A DNA stretch of 64,000 nucleotides from Oscillospiraceae bacterium (GCA_015064085.1 SVSX01000002.1:9282-73281); one strand, 5' to 3'; shown: positions 10,577 through 21,205, counted from the stretch's first letter. The notes: generated from the sequence alone by a model not told the origin. Numbers and translations are program-made.

Positions 10577-11077
10577 ATGAACGTGTTTGACATTATTACG
10601 ATCTCGATCTGCGCGCTGAGCGTTCTGATCTGCGTGTGGAAGGGCTTTTTGAAGATAGCTCTTAAAACGGGCGCAATTGCGATCGCCGCTATCGTGGCAA
10701 AGTTTGTAGGTCCGATGCTCGGCGAAAAATTTATTCCCGATATATTCAAGGCATCGGGAAAAATGAGCGCTTCCGCGGCTGATAAGATAAACGAAACAAT
10801 AGCTACCGTTGTGGGAACTGTCGTCCTATTTGTTGTGCTCTTTATCCTGCTCAGACTCATCTCGGGTCTTATAGCCAAGGCGGTCACAAAGGTGACTCAT
10901 ACGGGAAAGGCAGACAGGATCATCGGCGGAATATTCGGTCTTATTCTCGCGGTGGCAGTGGTATTTTTGTTTGCCGAGGGGGTAAAAATATATGCAGCCA
11001 TAGCAACGGCAATAAAACCCGATTACGCGATATTCGATACTCTTGAGAGCTCACTTATCTTCAAATATTTCCTTTGA
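10577..11077 (+). CDS. CvpA-family membrane protein
   Basis: N-terminal D..I...KGF and ADRIIGGIFG motif; about 4 TM helices. Confidence 0.8.
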   Translation: MNVFDIITISICALSVLICVWKGFLKIALKTGAIAIAAIVAKFVGPMLGEKFIPDIFKASGKMSASAADKINETIATVVGTVVLFVVLFILLRLISGLIAKAVTKVTHTGKADRIIGGIFGLILAVAVVFLFAEGVKIYAAIATAIKPDYAIFDTLESSLIFKYFL

Positions 11078-11129
11078 TAGGAACTACATAATACAGAAAG
11101 TTTAAATTTTCGCGAGGTAATACACTGAT

Positions 11130-11726
11130 ATGAAGTTGAAAAATATTCCGAATATCCTGTCGGTCATAAGGATCATTCTGGTGGTCGTTTTCGTAATAGT
11201 TTTCTTTTGGGTAGACAAATACGTCGCAATGGTGGTCTTCCTCCTTGCGGGAGCTACCGACGTGGTTGACGGATATCTGGCAAGAAGAAATAATTGGATA
11301 ACAAATCTCGGCAAGATACTCGATCCCTTTGCCGATAAGCTTATGCAGTGCACGGTGCTGATAAGCCTATATATCGAAAAGCTTATCCCCCTTTGGTTCG
11401 TTGTGCCCTTTATAGCCAAGGAGTTCGTAACGCTGCTTATGGGTCTTATCGTAATGAGAAAGAGAAGCGTTGTGGTGGTAAGCAAGTGGTACGGAAAGAT
11501 GACGGTATGTCTCTTTTACGCGACGGTGGTGCTTTCGGTCCTCATCGCCGATATGCTGAAGGACAATATAATACTGACGATCATAGTATTTCTCCCCGCA
11601 ACTGTATGCGCCCTCCTTGCCTTTGGCGCGTACGTCAAGCATTATGCGGGACTCAGACATAAGACCGAAACGGCAGAAAATAATGAAGAGAAAGCAGAGA
11701 CGGCAGACGCCGCTGATAAAGTATAA
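11130..11726 (+). CDS. pgsA: CDP-alcohol phosphatidyltransferase (PgsA-like)
   Basis: NIPNILS..R, TDVVDGYLARR...TNLGKILDPFADK. Confidence 0.85.
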   Translation: MKLKNIPNILSVIRIILVVVFVIVFFWVDKYVAMVVFLLAGATDVVDGYLARRNNWITNLGKILDPFADKLMQCTVLISLYIEKLIPLWFVVPFIAKEFVTLLMGLIVMRKRSVVVVSKWYGKMTVCLFYATVVLSVLIADMLKDNIILTIIVFLPATVCALLAFGAYVKHYAGLRHKTETAENNEEKAETADAADKV

Positions 11727-11728
11727 TT

Positions 11729-14041
11729 ATGGTAATGTGTTCAAAATGCCGCAAGAGAGTTGCGGTGGTATTCGTGGCTAAGGTCGAGAACGGAAATAAG
11801 GTGACCGAGGGACTTTGTATGAAATGCGCAAAGGAGCTCGGTATCCCCGTTGAGACAATGCTCGGAAACGTTATGGATAAAATGGGTATTCCCGCGGAGA
11901 TGCTCGAAAATATGGAAGGGGATATGAACAGCTATCTCGAGGAGAACGGACTTCTTCCTTCCGATAATGATGATAATGAGGACGGCGGCGCTCCCGCAAT
12001 TCCGCTCCCTCAGCTTTTTGAAAATCCCACCTCAAAGCCCACGAATAAAGAGACTCCTATGGGCAATCTCGGCGGCGCTAATAGAGAGAAGAAGGAAAAG
12101 GGAAAGAGATATAAATTTCTCGATACCTATTGCCGCAATCTCACAAGACGCGCGGCAGAGGGTAAGCTTGATAAGATAGTGGGCAGAGAAAGAGAGCTTG
12201 ACAGAGTTATTCAGATACTCTGTCGCAGACAGAAAAACAACCCCTGCCTTATAGGAGAGCCCGGTGTCGGTAAAACGGCTATCGCCGAGGCACTGGCGCA
12301 GAGGATCGCCGAGGGAGAAGTACCTTATAAGCTTCGCGGAAAGCAGATATACCTTGTGGATCTGACGGCGATCGTTGCGGGAACTCAGTTCAGAGGACAG
12401 TTTGAGTCAAGAATACTCGGACTCCTCAACGACGTAAGAGAGGCGGGAAACGTGATACTCGTTATCGACGAGGTGCATAATATAGTGGGAACGGGGGACG
12501 CCGAGGGCGGCGTGAATGCCGCGAATATCCTGAAGCCTGCTCTCTCAAGAGGAGAGATAAGGATAATTGGCGCTACCACTCTTAACGAATACAGAAAATA
12601 TATCGAGAAGGATACGGCTCTCGAGCGCCGCTTCCAGCCCGTTACCGTCAACGAGCCCTCCCTTGAGGAGACAGTCCTTATGCTCGAGGGGATAAAGCAC
12701 TACTATGAGGAATTCCACGCCATCAAGATACCCGCCTCGGTAGTCAAGAGAACCGTGGTGCTCTCCGAGCGATATATTACAGACAGATATCTGCCCGATA
12801 AGGCGATCGACCTTCTTGACGAGGCGGCATCAAGACTCTCGCTTTCAAGCTCGGTGCTCAACGAGGCGCAGAGCCTTCGTGAGCAGCTTCTGACGCTTAA
12901 GGAGAAGAGAGAGGCGGCAGAGTCGCAGACACCCACGAACGAGAGCGAGTCACAGAAGCTCTACGAGGAGATAACCAAGATAAAGTCGGAGGAGATACAG
13001 GTGTCGGAAAAGCTCCGCGAGATAGAGCCCTCCTGCGAGAACGTTGTCCTCGGTGAGGAGGATATAGCGAACGTTATCGAGGTATGGACGGGAATACCCG
13101 CCTCGAGCATAAGCCAGAATGAATTTGAAAAGATAGACACCCTAAATCAGAGACTGAAGAGCAGAATTATCGGTCAGGACGAGGCTGTTGACGCCGTGTC
13201 AAGAGCGATAAAGCGAAACAGAGCGGGGATATCATATAAGAGAAAGCCTGTCTCATTCATATTCGCAGGACCTACGGGCGTCGGTAAGACCGAGCTCGTA
13301 AAGACTCTTGCCGCCGATCTCTTTAATTCTCCCGAGACGCTTATAAGACTTGATATGTCGGAATTTATGGAGAAGCATTCGGTGTCGAGAATAATTGGAG
13401 CTCCTCCCGGATACGTCGGCTACGACGAGGCGGGTCAGCTTACCGAAAAGATACGCCGCCGTCCATACTCGGTAATTCTCTTTGACGAGATCGAGAAGGC
13501 TCATTCCGACGTGCTGAACGTGCTCCTTCAGATACTCGACGACGGCAGAATAACCGACGCGAGAGGAAAGACGGTAAACTTTGAGAATACCGTCATAGTA
13601 ATGACCACAAACGCGGGCTCTGATAACTCCTCGGCAACCGTTGGCTTTGCCGAGAACGCTCAGGTCTCGGCAAAGAATAAGACGATGAAGGCGCTTTCAG
13701 CCTTCCTTCGCCCCGAATTTATCAACCGTGTTGATGAAATAATAACCTTCAATTCGCTTACCGAAAAGGATTTCTCAGAGATCGCGAAGATCATGCTCGG
13801 AGAGCTTAAAATGGCGCTGGAGGAGAAGTCTATCTCCTTTAAATTCAGCGACGAGGCTGCGGAGCTTATCGCGAGGGAATCCTATTCTCACCGCTTCGGC
13901 GCGAGAAATATGAGACGCTATATCTGCAGAAACGTTGAGGATGCCCTCGCGGAGAAGATAATCTCCGACTATGAGGGGCAGATCAGAATTGCGGCACTTT
14001 CGGTGAACGAAGAGGGAAAACTTGTTGTTGAGTGTGCATAA
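11729..14041 (+). CDS. ATP-dependent Clp protease ATPase subunit (ClpC/ClpE-type, N-terminal CxxC..CxxC)
   Basis: Two AAA+ modules ([16 protein letters not shown]), [18 protein letters not shown]; Zn-finger-like N-terminus instead of Clp_N repeats. Confidence 0.92.
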   Translation: MVMCSKCRKRVAVVFVAKVENGNKVTEGLCMKCAKELGIPVETMLGNVMDKMGIPAEMLENMEGDMNSYLEENGLLPSDNDDNEDGGAPAIPLPQLFENPTSKPTNKETPMGNLGGANREKKEKGKRYKFLDTYCRNLTRRAAEGKLDKIVGRERELDRVIQILCRRQKNNPCLIGEPGVGKTAIAEALAQRIAEGEVPYKLRGKQIYLVDLTAIVAGTQFRGQFESRILGLLNDVREAGNVILVIDEVHNIVGTGDAEGGVNAANILKPALSRGEIRIIGATTLNEYRKYIEKDTALERRFQPVTVNEPSLEETVLMLEGIKHYYEEFHAIKIPASVVKRTVVLSERYITDRYLPDKAIDLLDEAASRLSLSSSVLNEAQSLREQLLTLKEKREAAESQTPTNESESQKLYEEITKIKSEEIQVSEKLREIEPSCENVVLGEEDIANVIEVWTGIPASSISQNEFEKIDTLNQRLKSRIIGQDEAVDAVSRAIKRNRAGISYKRKPVSFIFAGPTGVGKTELVKTLAADLFNSPETLIRLDMSEFMEKHSVSRIIGAPPGYVGYDEAGQLTEKIRRRPYSVILFDEIEKAHSDVLNVLLQILDDGRITDARGKTVNFENTVIVMTTNAGSDNSSATVGFAENAQVSAKNKTMKALSAFLRPEFINRVDEIITFNSLTEKDFSEIAKIMLGELKMALEEKSISFKFSDEAAELIARESYSHRFGARNMRRYICRNVEDALAEKIISDYEGQIRIAALSVNEEGKLVVECA

Positions 14042-16743
14042 TGATGAACGAAAAATGGTTTTCGCTGAGTATTTCAGATATTGAAAAAAAGTTAAAAACC
14101 AACGCCGCCTCGGGCCTTAGCCCAAAGGCGGCTCGTTCTCGTTACAAAAAAAGAGGCTCGTCCTTTTACGTAAAGCGCAAAAAGAGCTCGATGTCTCTCT
14201 TTGGAGAGATAGCGGCGGATTTTGCTCTTGTTCTCCTTGTTATATCCTCGGTGGTGGCGCTCTGCTTTACCGAATATACCACGGGAGTCACGCTGGCGCT
14301 TATATTGGCGGTCAATCTCGGGATCTGTCTCGCGCTGAGCTACAGGGCTCAAAGGCTTTTTGAGTCGATGTCGGTCTTCTTCCTGCCGACCACCACGGTG
14401 GTAAGGTCGGGAAAGGCGTTCTCGGTGGATCACGAGCACGTGGTCGTGGGTGACGTCGTTCTTCTCGGCGAGGGTGACGTTATCTCCTTTGACGCGAGAC
14501 TCATTACCTCGGATAACCTCAAGGTCGTGATGAAGCTTGACAGAGAGCTTGAGCGCGAGTGCGAAAAGCTTGCGGAGGGGCTTGTAAGGGAAAATGAAAA
14601 CGACGTATCGGCTATGGTCAATATGGTCCACGCGGGGTCGAGAGTGATCTCGGGCGGAGCGAGAGCTGTTGTGACGGCGGTGGGAAGATACACCTACTAC
14701 GGAGCTATGACCGGCGGAGTTGAGCTTCCTGAGCTCAGGGATATTCCGAGAGGATTGAGGCTGCTCAAAAAATATTGCTCCTCCTTCGGAATGCTTGTGA
14801 CGATCTCTCTGCTGCCTTTCTGCTTCCTCAGTCTGATTTTCAGCAAGGGAAACGTTACTCTGCTTACGAGCTTTACGGCGGCACTGGCAATTGCCGCCTC
14901 ATCGATGTCTCAGCTTGCCACCACCGCTTGCCGTATATTCTTTGAGAAGCAGGCAAAGCGAGGTCTTGAGGGAGCTAATAAGTCGATAACCAAGAGCTGC
15001 GAGATAATGGATACGCTCGTATCCCTTGAATACGTTTTTATGCTTGACGGAAGCGCCGTCAGCGACGGAGTGCTTCATTTTAATAAGGCGATCTGCGGCG
15101 ACGGTGAGCTCTCGGGCTTCAATGCCATTAGCAGCTCGGCAAAATACTTTGCCGACCTTGTATCGCTCTATAATTCTGCTGAGAGCAGAACTCTTACCAC
15201 GGGTATCCACGCCCCGGGAAGATTCAGACTCGCCCTTGACGAATTTACAGGAAAGTGCGGTGTCGACAGCGAAGCGCTGAAGATAAGATGCTCGGTCAGC
15301 GGATACGTACCGGGAGATTCGGGAGATAAGACCGACAAGCTCTTTTTCAGCGACAGCGGAAGACGGTTGGTGCTTAACGTCTCGCAGAAGTCAGAGGCTA
15401 TCGAGAGATGCTCAAGGGTCTATATCGGCGGCTCGGAATGTGTACTCAGCGCCGAGGGCAGAGAAGCCCTTTCGGCTGAATATAAAAAATACGCTAAACG
15501 GGGAATGATAACTCTTGTATTTACCGTGTCCGAGAGCGAGTTCGGCGGAAATGATATCTTCGCGGGAATTCTCGTGCTTTCCGAAAGGATAGACGAGTCC
15601 TTCTATAATACTCTCTCTACCCTTAAAGGTATGGGGATCAAGACTATCTCCTTTGTGGGAAAGAGAAGCGGCAATCCCTACGAACGCTTCGAGCTTTCCT
15701 CACCGACCTTCGGAAGGGCGGTCTCAAGGAAGGATTTTGACACCGCGGAAGTTCCGCTTTCCTATAAATTCGGAGAGATAGATACATACAGAGGCTTTTC
15801 GCCCGAGGAGATAGGCGGTTTTATCTCTATGATCCACGCCGAAAAGAAAAAGGTGGCGGTAATATCTTTCTCGGATGCCTACGAAAAGCTTCCCGAAAAG
15901 CCCGACGTGGTGATCACCTGCTCGGCACTCAGATATAAAATGTCGGGAAGGTTTGAGGAGGAGATAGAGTCGGTAGAAACGGCGGGGGCTTCGGACAGTC
16001 TCTGCTGCCGACAGGACGTTAAGGGAGGCGCTGACCTTATAATCCCACGGCCTGACGGCAAACACGGCGGACTTGTCTCACTGAAGCGCGCCTTCTTCCT
16101 TGCGGGTGCGGCGTATAATAACCTTGCGGGATTTTTCAGATACGTGCTTTGCAGTCAGTTTATAAGAATAGTTTGCGTGATGCTCCCGATGCTCTTCGGT
16201 GAAGCGCATCTCGACGCGAGACACGCGCTTTTCTGCGGATTTTTGCTTGATCTCGGCGTTATGGCTGTCTTTGTAAATGAGCTGTGCGGAATAGAAAACG
16301 CGAAGGGCTTTCGCTCGATCTCGGGCGAGTTCAGGAGTCCCGCTCGGAATAACGCGGGAATGATAATCTCAGCGGTGGCGGGCGGACTTACAGTTTGTTT
16401 CCTTCCTAATATAATGGGATACGTTGGTGTCATCGGTCAGTATTTCTATGAAACAGAGTATATGTTCTTCTCGATGATACTCCTTCATATTACGGTGATG
16501 TATTGCATAAGGATCGACAACGCAAGGCGCTTTGGACGTTTTTCGGTCAACCGCGCGGCGCTCTGGCTCGTGCCGTCGGTGCTTGTTTTCTGCGTCGCCT
16601 GCTTCCTTGTTGAGCCCATCGGAGTATTCTTCAACGTGCTCGAAATAAGCGCACCGTATCTTTTCCTTACGGCTGTGCCTTCGGCGGTGACGGCGATACT
16701 TTACTTTGTTATCGGAGACCTGAGACTCGTACCCGAGGAATGA
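14041..16743 (+). CDS. P-type (Ca2+-type, PII-like) ATPase-like membrane protein with degenerate catalytic motifs
   Basis: Cation-ATPase N-terminus (L.TN..SGLS...A), VVGDVVLL..GD....DARLI, NMVHAGS.V..G...AVVTAVG..T..G and TM layout; DKTGT, TGES, PEGL and GDGVND not found; TAATG coupling to Clp gene. Confidence 0.8.
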   Translation: MMNEKWFSLSISDIEKKLKTNAASGLSPKAARSRYKKRGSSFYVKRKKSSMSLFGEIAADFALVLLVISSVVALCFTEYTTGVTLALILAVNLGICLALSYRAQRLFESMSVFFLPTTTVVRSGKAFSVDHEHVVVGDVVLLGEGDVISFDARLITSDNLKVVMKLDRELERECEKLAEGLVRENENDVSAMVNMVHAGSRVISGGARAVVTAVGRYTYYGAMTGGVELPELRDIPRGLRLLKKYCSSFGMLVTISLLPFCFLSLIFSKGNVTLLTSFTAALAIAASSMSQLATTACRIFFEKQAKRGLEGANKSITKSCEIMDTLVSLEYVFMLDGSAVSDGVLHFNKAICGDGELSGFNAISSSAKYFADLVSLYNSAESRTLTTGIHAPGRFRLALDEFTGKCGVDSEALKIRCSVSGYVPGDSGDKTDKLFFSDSGRRLVLNVSQKSEAIERCSRVYIGGSECVLSAEGREALSAEYKKYAKRGMITLVFTVSESEFGGNDIFAGILVLSERIDESFYNTLSTLKGMGIKTISFVGKRSGNPYERFELSSPTFGRAVSRKDFDTAEVPLSYKFGEIDTYRGFSPEEIGGFISMIHAEKKKVAVISFSDAYEKLPEKPDVVITCSALRYKMSGRFEEEIESVETAGASDSLCCRQDVKGGADLIIPRPDGKHGGLVSLKRAFFLAGAAYNNLAGFFRYVLCSQFIRIVCVMLPMLFGEAHLDARHALFCGFLLDLGVMAVFVNELCGIENAKGFRSISGEFRSPARNNAGMIISAVAGGLTVCFLPNIMGYVGVIGQYFYETEYMFFSMILLHITVMYCIRIDNARRFGRFSVNRAALWLVPSVLVFCVACFLVEPIGVFFNVLEISAPYLFLTAVPSAVTAILYFVIGDLRLVPEE

Positions 16744-16749
16744 AAATAT

Positions 16750-16778
16750 GAATATGCGGATATTTCACGAGCATAGAT
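16750..16778 (+). promoter_or_regulatory. Possible sporulation sigma (SigE/SigG-like) promoter
   Basis: GAATA-17 bp-CATAGAT upstream of a YlmC/YmxH gene. Confidence 0.35.
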
Positions 16779-16825
16779 TATAACGTGCGGTGATATATCC
16801 GCATAATTATTTTTGGAGGATAACG

Positions 16826-17113
16826 ATGGAAAGATTAAGCACTTGTGATCTGAGGGAAAAAGAGGTCGTCAACGTCTGCGACGGCGCAAGGCTCGGTTGT
16901 CCCTCGGATTTTGAATTCTGCGCCTCGGACGGAAGAATAACTGCGCTTGTAGTCCCGCGGGGAGGGGGAATATTCGGGTTTCGTAGGGAGGACGATATCA
17001 TAATCCCTTGGTGCAAAATAGAATGTATAGGCTCGGATACCATAATCGTCAAGCTCTCGCCGGAGGAATACCGAGTGCCGTGCAAGGATAAAAAGAAAAA
17101 AAGCTTCTGGTGA
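16826..17113 (+). CDS. YlmC/YmxH family sporulation protein (PRC barrel)
   Basis: DLREKEVVNVCDGARLG...IPWCKIECIGSDTIIV; GGAGG RBS. Confidence 0.92.
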   Translation: MERLSTCDLREKEVVNVCDGARLGCPSDFEFCASDGRITALVVPRGGGIFGFRREDDIIIPWCKIECIGSDTIIVKLSPEEYRVPCKDKKKKSFW

Positions 17114-17146
17114 TTGTAAACAATTTGTTAACTTTCAGAAAGCTTC

Positions 17147-17175
17147 TTGCAGTATATTAAATAATATGGTATAAT
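17147..17175 (+). promoter_or_regulatory. sigmaA promoter of rpsB-tsf
   Basis: TTGCAG-17 bp-TATAAT with extended TG. Confidence 0.7.
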
Positions 17176-17182
17176 CTCTGTA

Positions 17183-17311
17183 GTTGCGCTGAACTGTTTG
17201 AGCGCAAAAATAAAAATACACACACATGGTCGCACAGCGTCACGGTGTCACTCACTCGAGGGATTAAACGCAGGGCTATGTGGTGGAAAAAACCGAAGGA
17301 GGACATTAAAA
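17183..17311 (+). promoter_or_regulatory. rpsB 5' leader (probable S2 autoregulatory RNA structure)
   Basis: About 130-nt non-coding leader with a TTGCGCT/AGCGCAA stem and an ACACAC...GTGGTG pairing region; structured rpsB leaders are established in bacteria. Confidence 0.55.
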
Positions 17312-18064
17312 ATGTCAGTTATTTCAATCAAACAGCTGCTTGAAGCAGGCGTCCATTTCGGACATCACACAAGAAGATGGAACCCCAAGATGCAGGAGTA
17401 CATCTTTACCGAGAGAAACGGTATCTACATCATCGACCTTCAGAAGACCGTAAAGAAGTTTGAGGAAGCTTACAACTTCGTACGCGATCTTTCCACAGAG
17501 GGCGGCACGATCCTCTTTGTTGGAACAAAGAAGCAGGCTGCAGACGCGATCAAGGAAGAGGCAACACGTTGCGGAATGTACTACGTAAACGTTCGTTGGC
17601 CCGGCGGAATGATGACAAACTTCAACACCATCAAGAGATCCATCAGCCGTCTTAACAGCCTTGAGAAGATGCAGGAGGACGGAACATTTGATCTTCTTCC
17701 CAAGAAGGAAGTTGCTATCAAGCAGAAGGAAATATTCGACCTTGAGAAGAACTACGGCGGTATCAAGACTATGGAGAGACTTCCCGACGCAGTGTTCATA
17801 GTTGACCCCAAGAAGGAGAGAAACGCAGTTCTCGAGGCAAAGAAGCTCGGTATTCCGGTAGTTGCTATCGTTGACACAAACTGCGACCCCGATGATGCTG
17901 ATTACATCATTCCCGGTAACGATGACGCTATCCGCGCTATCAAGCTCATCTCTGCGGCACTTGCTGACGCTGTTATCGAGGGCAGACAGGGCGAGCAGAT
18001 GGAAGAGGCAGCAGAGGCTACAGAGGCTGAGGCTGTTGAGGCTGCAGAAGCAGACGCTGAGTAA
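17312..18064 (+). CDS. rpsB: 30S ribosomal protein S2
   Basis: [34 protein letters not shown]. Confidence 0.99.
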   Translation: MSVISIKQLLEAGVHFGHHTRRWNPKMQEYIFTERNGIYIIDLQKTVKKFEEAYNFVRDLSTEGGTILFVGTKKQAADAIKEEATRCGMYYVNVRWPGGMMTNFNTIKRSISRLNSLEKMQEDGTFDLLPKKEVAIKQKEIFDLEKNYGGIKTMERLPDAVFIVDPKKERNAVLEAKKLGIPVVAIVDTNCDPDDADYIIPGNDDAIRAIKLISAALADAVIEGRQGEQMEEAAEATEAEAVEAAEADAE

Positions 18065-18110
18065 TTTATTATAACTATTGTAAATATTGTAACGAAAGGA
18101 AGATATAAAA

Positions 18111-19046
18111 ATGGCTAACATTACAGCTAAGGACGTTGCAACACTCCGCGCAAAGACAGGTATCGGAATGATGGAGTGCAAGAAGGCACTCGTAGAGGCA
18201 GACGGAAACGTTGAAGAGGCTATAAAGATCCTCCGTAAGAGAGGCGAGCTCAAGGCAGAGGCTAAGTCCGCTACCAGAATCGCTGCTGACGGAATCGTTG
18301 ATATTATGAAGGAGGGCGACGTAACAGCAATGGTCGAGGTCAACTCTGAGACAGACTTCGTTGCTAAGAACGCATCCTTCCAGGAGTTCGTAAAGAACAT
18401 TCTTAAGACCATCATCGCAAACAAGCCCGCTGATCTCGACGCTCTTATGGCATCGAATTATATCGACGGAAGCACTACCGTTGAGGCAAAGCTTAAGGAG
18501 ATGATCTTCGTTATCGGAGAGAAGCTCAGCATTCGCCGCTTCGTAGTAGTTGAGGGTGTAACAAGCACTTATATCCACGGAACAGGTACTATCGGTGTTA
18601 TCGCGTCCTTCGACGTAGACGCTGAGACAGCAGCTAAGGACGAGTTCGTTGCGTTCGCAAAGAATATCGCTCTCCAGATCGGTGCATACCCCACTCCTTA
18701 TCTCGATCGTGATTCTGTTCCCGCATCTGTTATCGAGGAAGAGAAGAACATTCTTATGGCGCAGATCGCAAACGATCCCGCAAACGCTAAGAAGCCCGCT
18801 CAGATCATCGAAAAGATGGTTACAGGTAGAATTTCCAAGTTCTACGACAACAACTGCCTCCTTGATATGTCCTATGTAAAGGACGACGAGCTCAAGGTTG
18901 GTAAGTACGTTGAGAAGACCGCTAAGGAGCTTGGCACAACCATTAAGGTAACAGGCTTCCACCGCTTCGAGAAGGGCGAGGGAATCCAGAAGAGAGAAGA
19001 GAACTTCGCTGACGAGATCGCAAAGCTCACAGGCGGAAACAAGTAA
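18111..19046 (+). CDS. tsf: Elongation factor Ts
   Basis: LRAKTGIGMMECKKAL, EVNSETDFVAKN, RFEKGEGI. Confidence 0.99.
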   Translation: MANITAKDVATLRAKTGIGMMECKKALVEADGNVEEAIKILRKRGELKAEAKSATRIAADGIVDIMKEGDVTAMVEVNSETDFVAKNASFQEFVKNILKTIIANKPADLDALMASNYIDGSTTVEAKLKEMIFVIGEKLSIRRFVVVEGVTSTYIHGTGTIGVIASFDVDAETAAKDEFVAFAKNIALQIGAYPTPYLDRDSVPASVIEEEKNILMAQIANDPANAKKPAQIIEKMVTGRISKFYDNNCLLDMSYVKDDELKVGKYVEKTAKELGTTIKVTGFHRFEKGEGIQKREENFADEIAKLTGGNK

Positions 19047-19186
19047 TCGCTCAATATAATAATTGAAGACAGAGAGATGTTCTTTAAGAGCATCACTCTG
19101 TTGTCACATTGTTTTTGATATTGCGCTGAAAATATAGTTCTGAACTCGGATAGCAAAACATAATTGAAAAATGATGAGGAGTCATT

Positions 19187-20080
19187 ATGAAACGAATATT
19201 AACTGTTTTAGTTGCGCTTATACTTGTACTTTCCTGCTTCGCCGCTTGCGACAAGGGGTCGGACGCAGAAGCCGAAAGCAGCAGGCCATTCACTACACAA
19301 CCCGCAAATCAGCTTGAATACACGCTGAATTCCGACGGTAATGGATACACCGTTACAGGAATAGGTACGTATACGTCAACCGATCTGATTATCGATACGT
19401 ATAACGGGCTTCCAATAACCGAGATCGGATTTGAGGCGTTCAAGGGAACGGGCATAACGAGCGTTACGCTTGGAGACTCGGTAACCAAGGTCGCAAATCA
19501 GGCTTTCTCGGGATGTAGATCTCTTAAAAGTATTACCATAGGCACGGGAATAACCAATATGGGTTACTTTTCCTTCGACGGTTGCGCGGCGCTCACAGAT
19601 GTATATTATAACGGAACGATTGAGTCCTGGTGTAATATTTCTTTCGGTGACGCAGGTAATCCCATGTGGCTCAATGCCAAGTTCAACCTCAAGAACGCAT
19701 CGGGTGGGTACGATGTGATCACTAAACTCGCGATCCCCGAAACGGTAACAGAGATCAAGGATTACGCGTTCGAGGGCTTTGACTCGCTGACGAGCATAGC
19801 AATACCCGATACCGTTATGAGCATAGGCAAAAGCGCTTTTAAGGGTTGCGCGGGTATCACGAGCATAGCTATACCTACCTCGGTAACCGAAATATCGGTC
19901 CATGCCTTCAAGGGATGCGAAAAGCTTGAGAGCGCTACCTTCTTGAATACTGAAAATTGGGTAAGAGGCCGCTCGGGAAATACGATTTCTATACAATCAA
20001 GTGAGCTTCAGAAGCCTAAGACAGCGGCTGAATATCTGACGAAAACCTTTGTAGAGGATTCCTGGCAGGTAAAAAAATAA
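19187..20080 (+). CDS. BspA-type leucine-rich repeat lipoprotein
   Basis: Signal peptide with lipobox-like FAAC; repeated IPxSVTxIxxxAFxGCxxL units. Confidence 0.85.
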   Translation: MKRILTVLVALILVLSCFAACDKGSDAEAESSRPFTTQPANQLEYTLNSDGNGYTVTGIGTYTSTDLIIDTYNGLPITEIGFEAFKGTGITSVTLGDSVTKVANQAFSGCRSLKSITIGTGITNMGYFSFDGCAALTDVYYNGTIESWCNISFGDAGNPMWLNAKFNLKNASGGYDVITKLAIPETVTEIKDYAFEGFDSLTSIAIPDTVMSIGKSAFKGCAGITSIAIPTSVTEISVHAFKGCEKLESATFLNTENWVRGRSGNTISIQSSELQKPKTAAEYLTKTFVEDSWQVKK

Positions 20081-20099
20081 GAAAAACTCTCAAATTCAT

Positions 20100-20148
20100 A
20101 AAGAGCAAATATGCAAGACGAAAAAATCTTGTATATCTGCTCTTTTTT
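20100..20148 (+). terminator. Intrinsic terminator after LRR gene
   Basis: Imperfect AAGAGCAAATATGCAAGA/TCTTGTATATCTGCTCTT stem plus T-run. Confidence 0.65.
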
Positions 20149-20213
20149 CTTGAAAAAAAGAAAAATGTATGATATAATTGTCATATATATATGTTCGAAA
20201 GGAGTCGAACACT

Positions 20214-21035
20214 ATGAATAAAGAGAATGTATTTGATAAAATAGAGTCGTTCAGACATAGAGATGTGGATAAAAAGGACGGACTCGTGAGGATAATGACC
20301 TCGAATATTTACTATACTCTGGACGAGACCGAGGAGGAAACGGAAAAACGAATGGAGATCCTCGGAGGCTATTATATGAGATTTCTTCCCGATTTTCTCG
20401 GACTTCAGGAGGTCTCAAGGCGCTCAAGACCTTTGCTTTTAAAACAGATATCCGAGAAGTATGCCTATACTCAGGTCATAGAAGGAAAGTCAAATTATAC
20501 TCCCTTGATGTATAGAAAGGATCTTTACGACGTGCTTGAAACAGACTTCAAGATATTTGAGGGACACGACGGCAGTATGTGGTCTTATCAGTGGGCGCTT
20601 TATAGCTCCAAGGAGGTGCGTGAAAAGCAGATCATACATATGAATCTTCATTACCATTTCGCCTCCACCGAAACGAGACTTAAGGACGCGGAGGAGGTAA
20701 ACCGTAAGATTAAAGAGCTTATGAAAAAATATCCCACAGCGCCGATATTCGTGACGGGTGACTATAACTGCGGTGTCAGCACACCTGAGTTCAAGGCAAT
20801 GTGTGAGGGAATAAAGCTGAATTCGGGAATGCTCCTTACCGATGACAACGACGGATATAAGTCATTTTGGCATCACCCGGGTGAATACGAGATCGCAGAG
20901 GATACCGAGGAGATCGACCATATATGCGTGACCGAGGAAAGAGCAAGGGTCGTGCTCCATCGCAAGATCAGGGATAGATTTATCTGCATTGAAGGCTCTG
21001 ACCACTGTCCCGTATATATAGATGTTGAAATATAA
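20214..21035 (+). CDS. Endonuclease/exonuclease/phosphatase (EEP) family protein
   Basis: IMTSNI, LGLQEV, NLH, TGDYN, IDHI, SDHCPV motifs. Confidence 0.88.
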   Translation: MNKENVFDKIESFRHRDVDKKDGLVRIMTSNIYYTLDETEEETEKRMEILGGYYMRFLPDFLGLQEVSRRSRPLLLKQISEKYAYTQVIEGKSNYTPLMYRKDLYDVLETDFKIFEGHDGSMWSYQWALYSSKEVREKQIIHMNLHYHFASTETRLKDAEEVNRKIKELMKKYPTAPIFVTGDYNCGVSTPEFKAMCEGIKLNSGMLLTDDNDGYKSFWHHPGEYEIAEDTEEIDHICVTEERARVVLHRKIRDRFICIEGSDHCPVYIDVEI

Positions 21036-21052
21036 AATTTTTAGGAGAGCTT

Positions 21053-21205
21053 ATGAAGAAAATAAATGAAAGAATAAAGTACGGATATGAGTCGCCTATG
21101 GCGGAGATCATTAATATCTCCGTGGGAGACATACTCGCGGCATCGGGGGATATCGTCGATCCTGAGGAGGGAGAAGAAGAGAAGAATTGGTCTAAATTCT
21201 ATTGA
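21053..21205 (+). CDS. 50-aa small protein with YxxP leader-like motif (not in ORF track)
   Basis: AGGAG RBS; MKKINERIKYGYESPMAEIINISVGDILAASGDIVDPEEGEEEKNWSKFY*. Confidence 0.75.
   Translation: MKKINERIKYGYESPMAEIINISVGDILAASGDIVDPEEGEEEKNWSKFY

Noticed and set aside
17324-18962. Long antisense ORFs over rpsB and tsf
   Set aside because: Shadow ORFs from biased codon usage in highly expressed genes; no protein motifs
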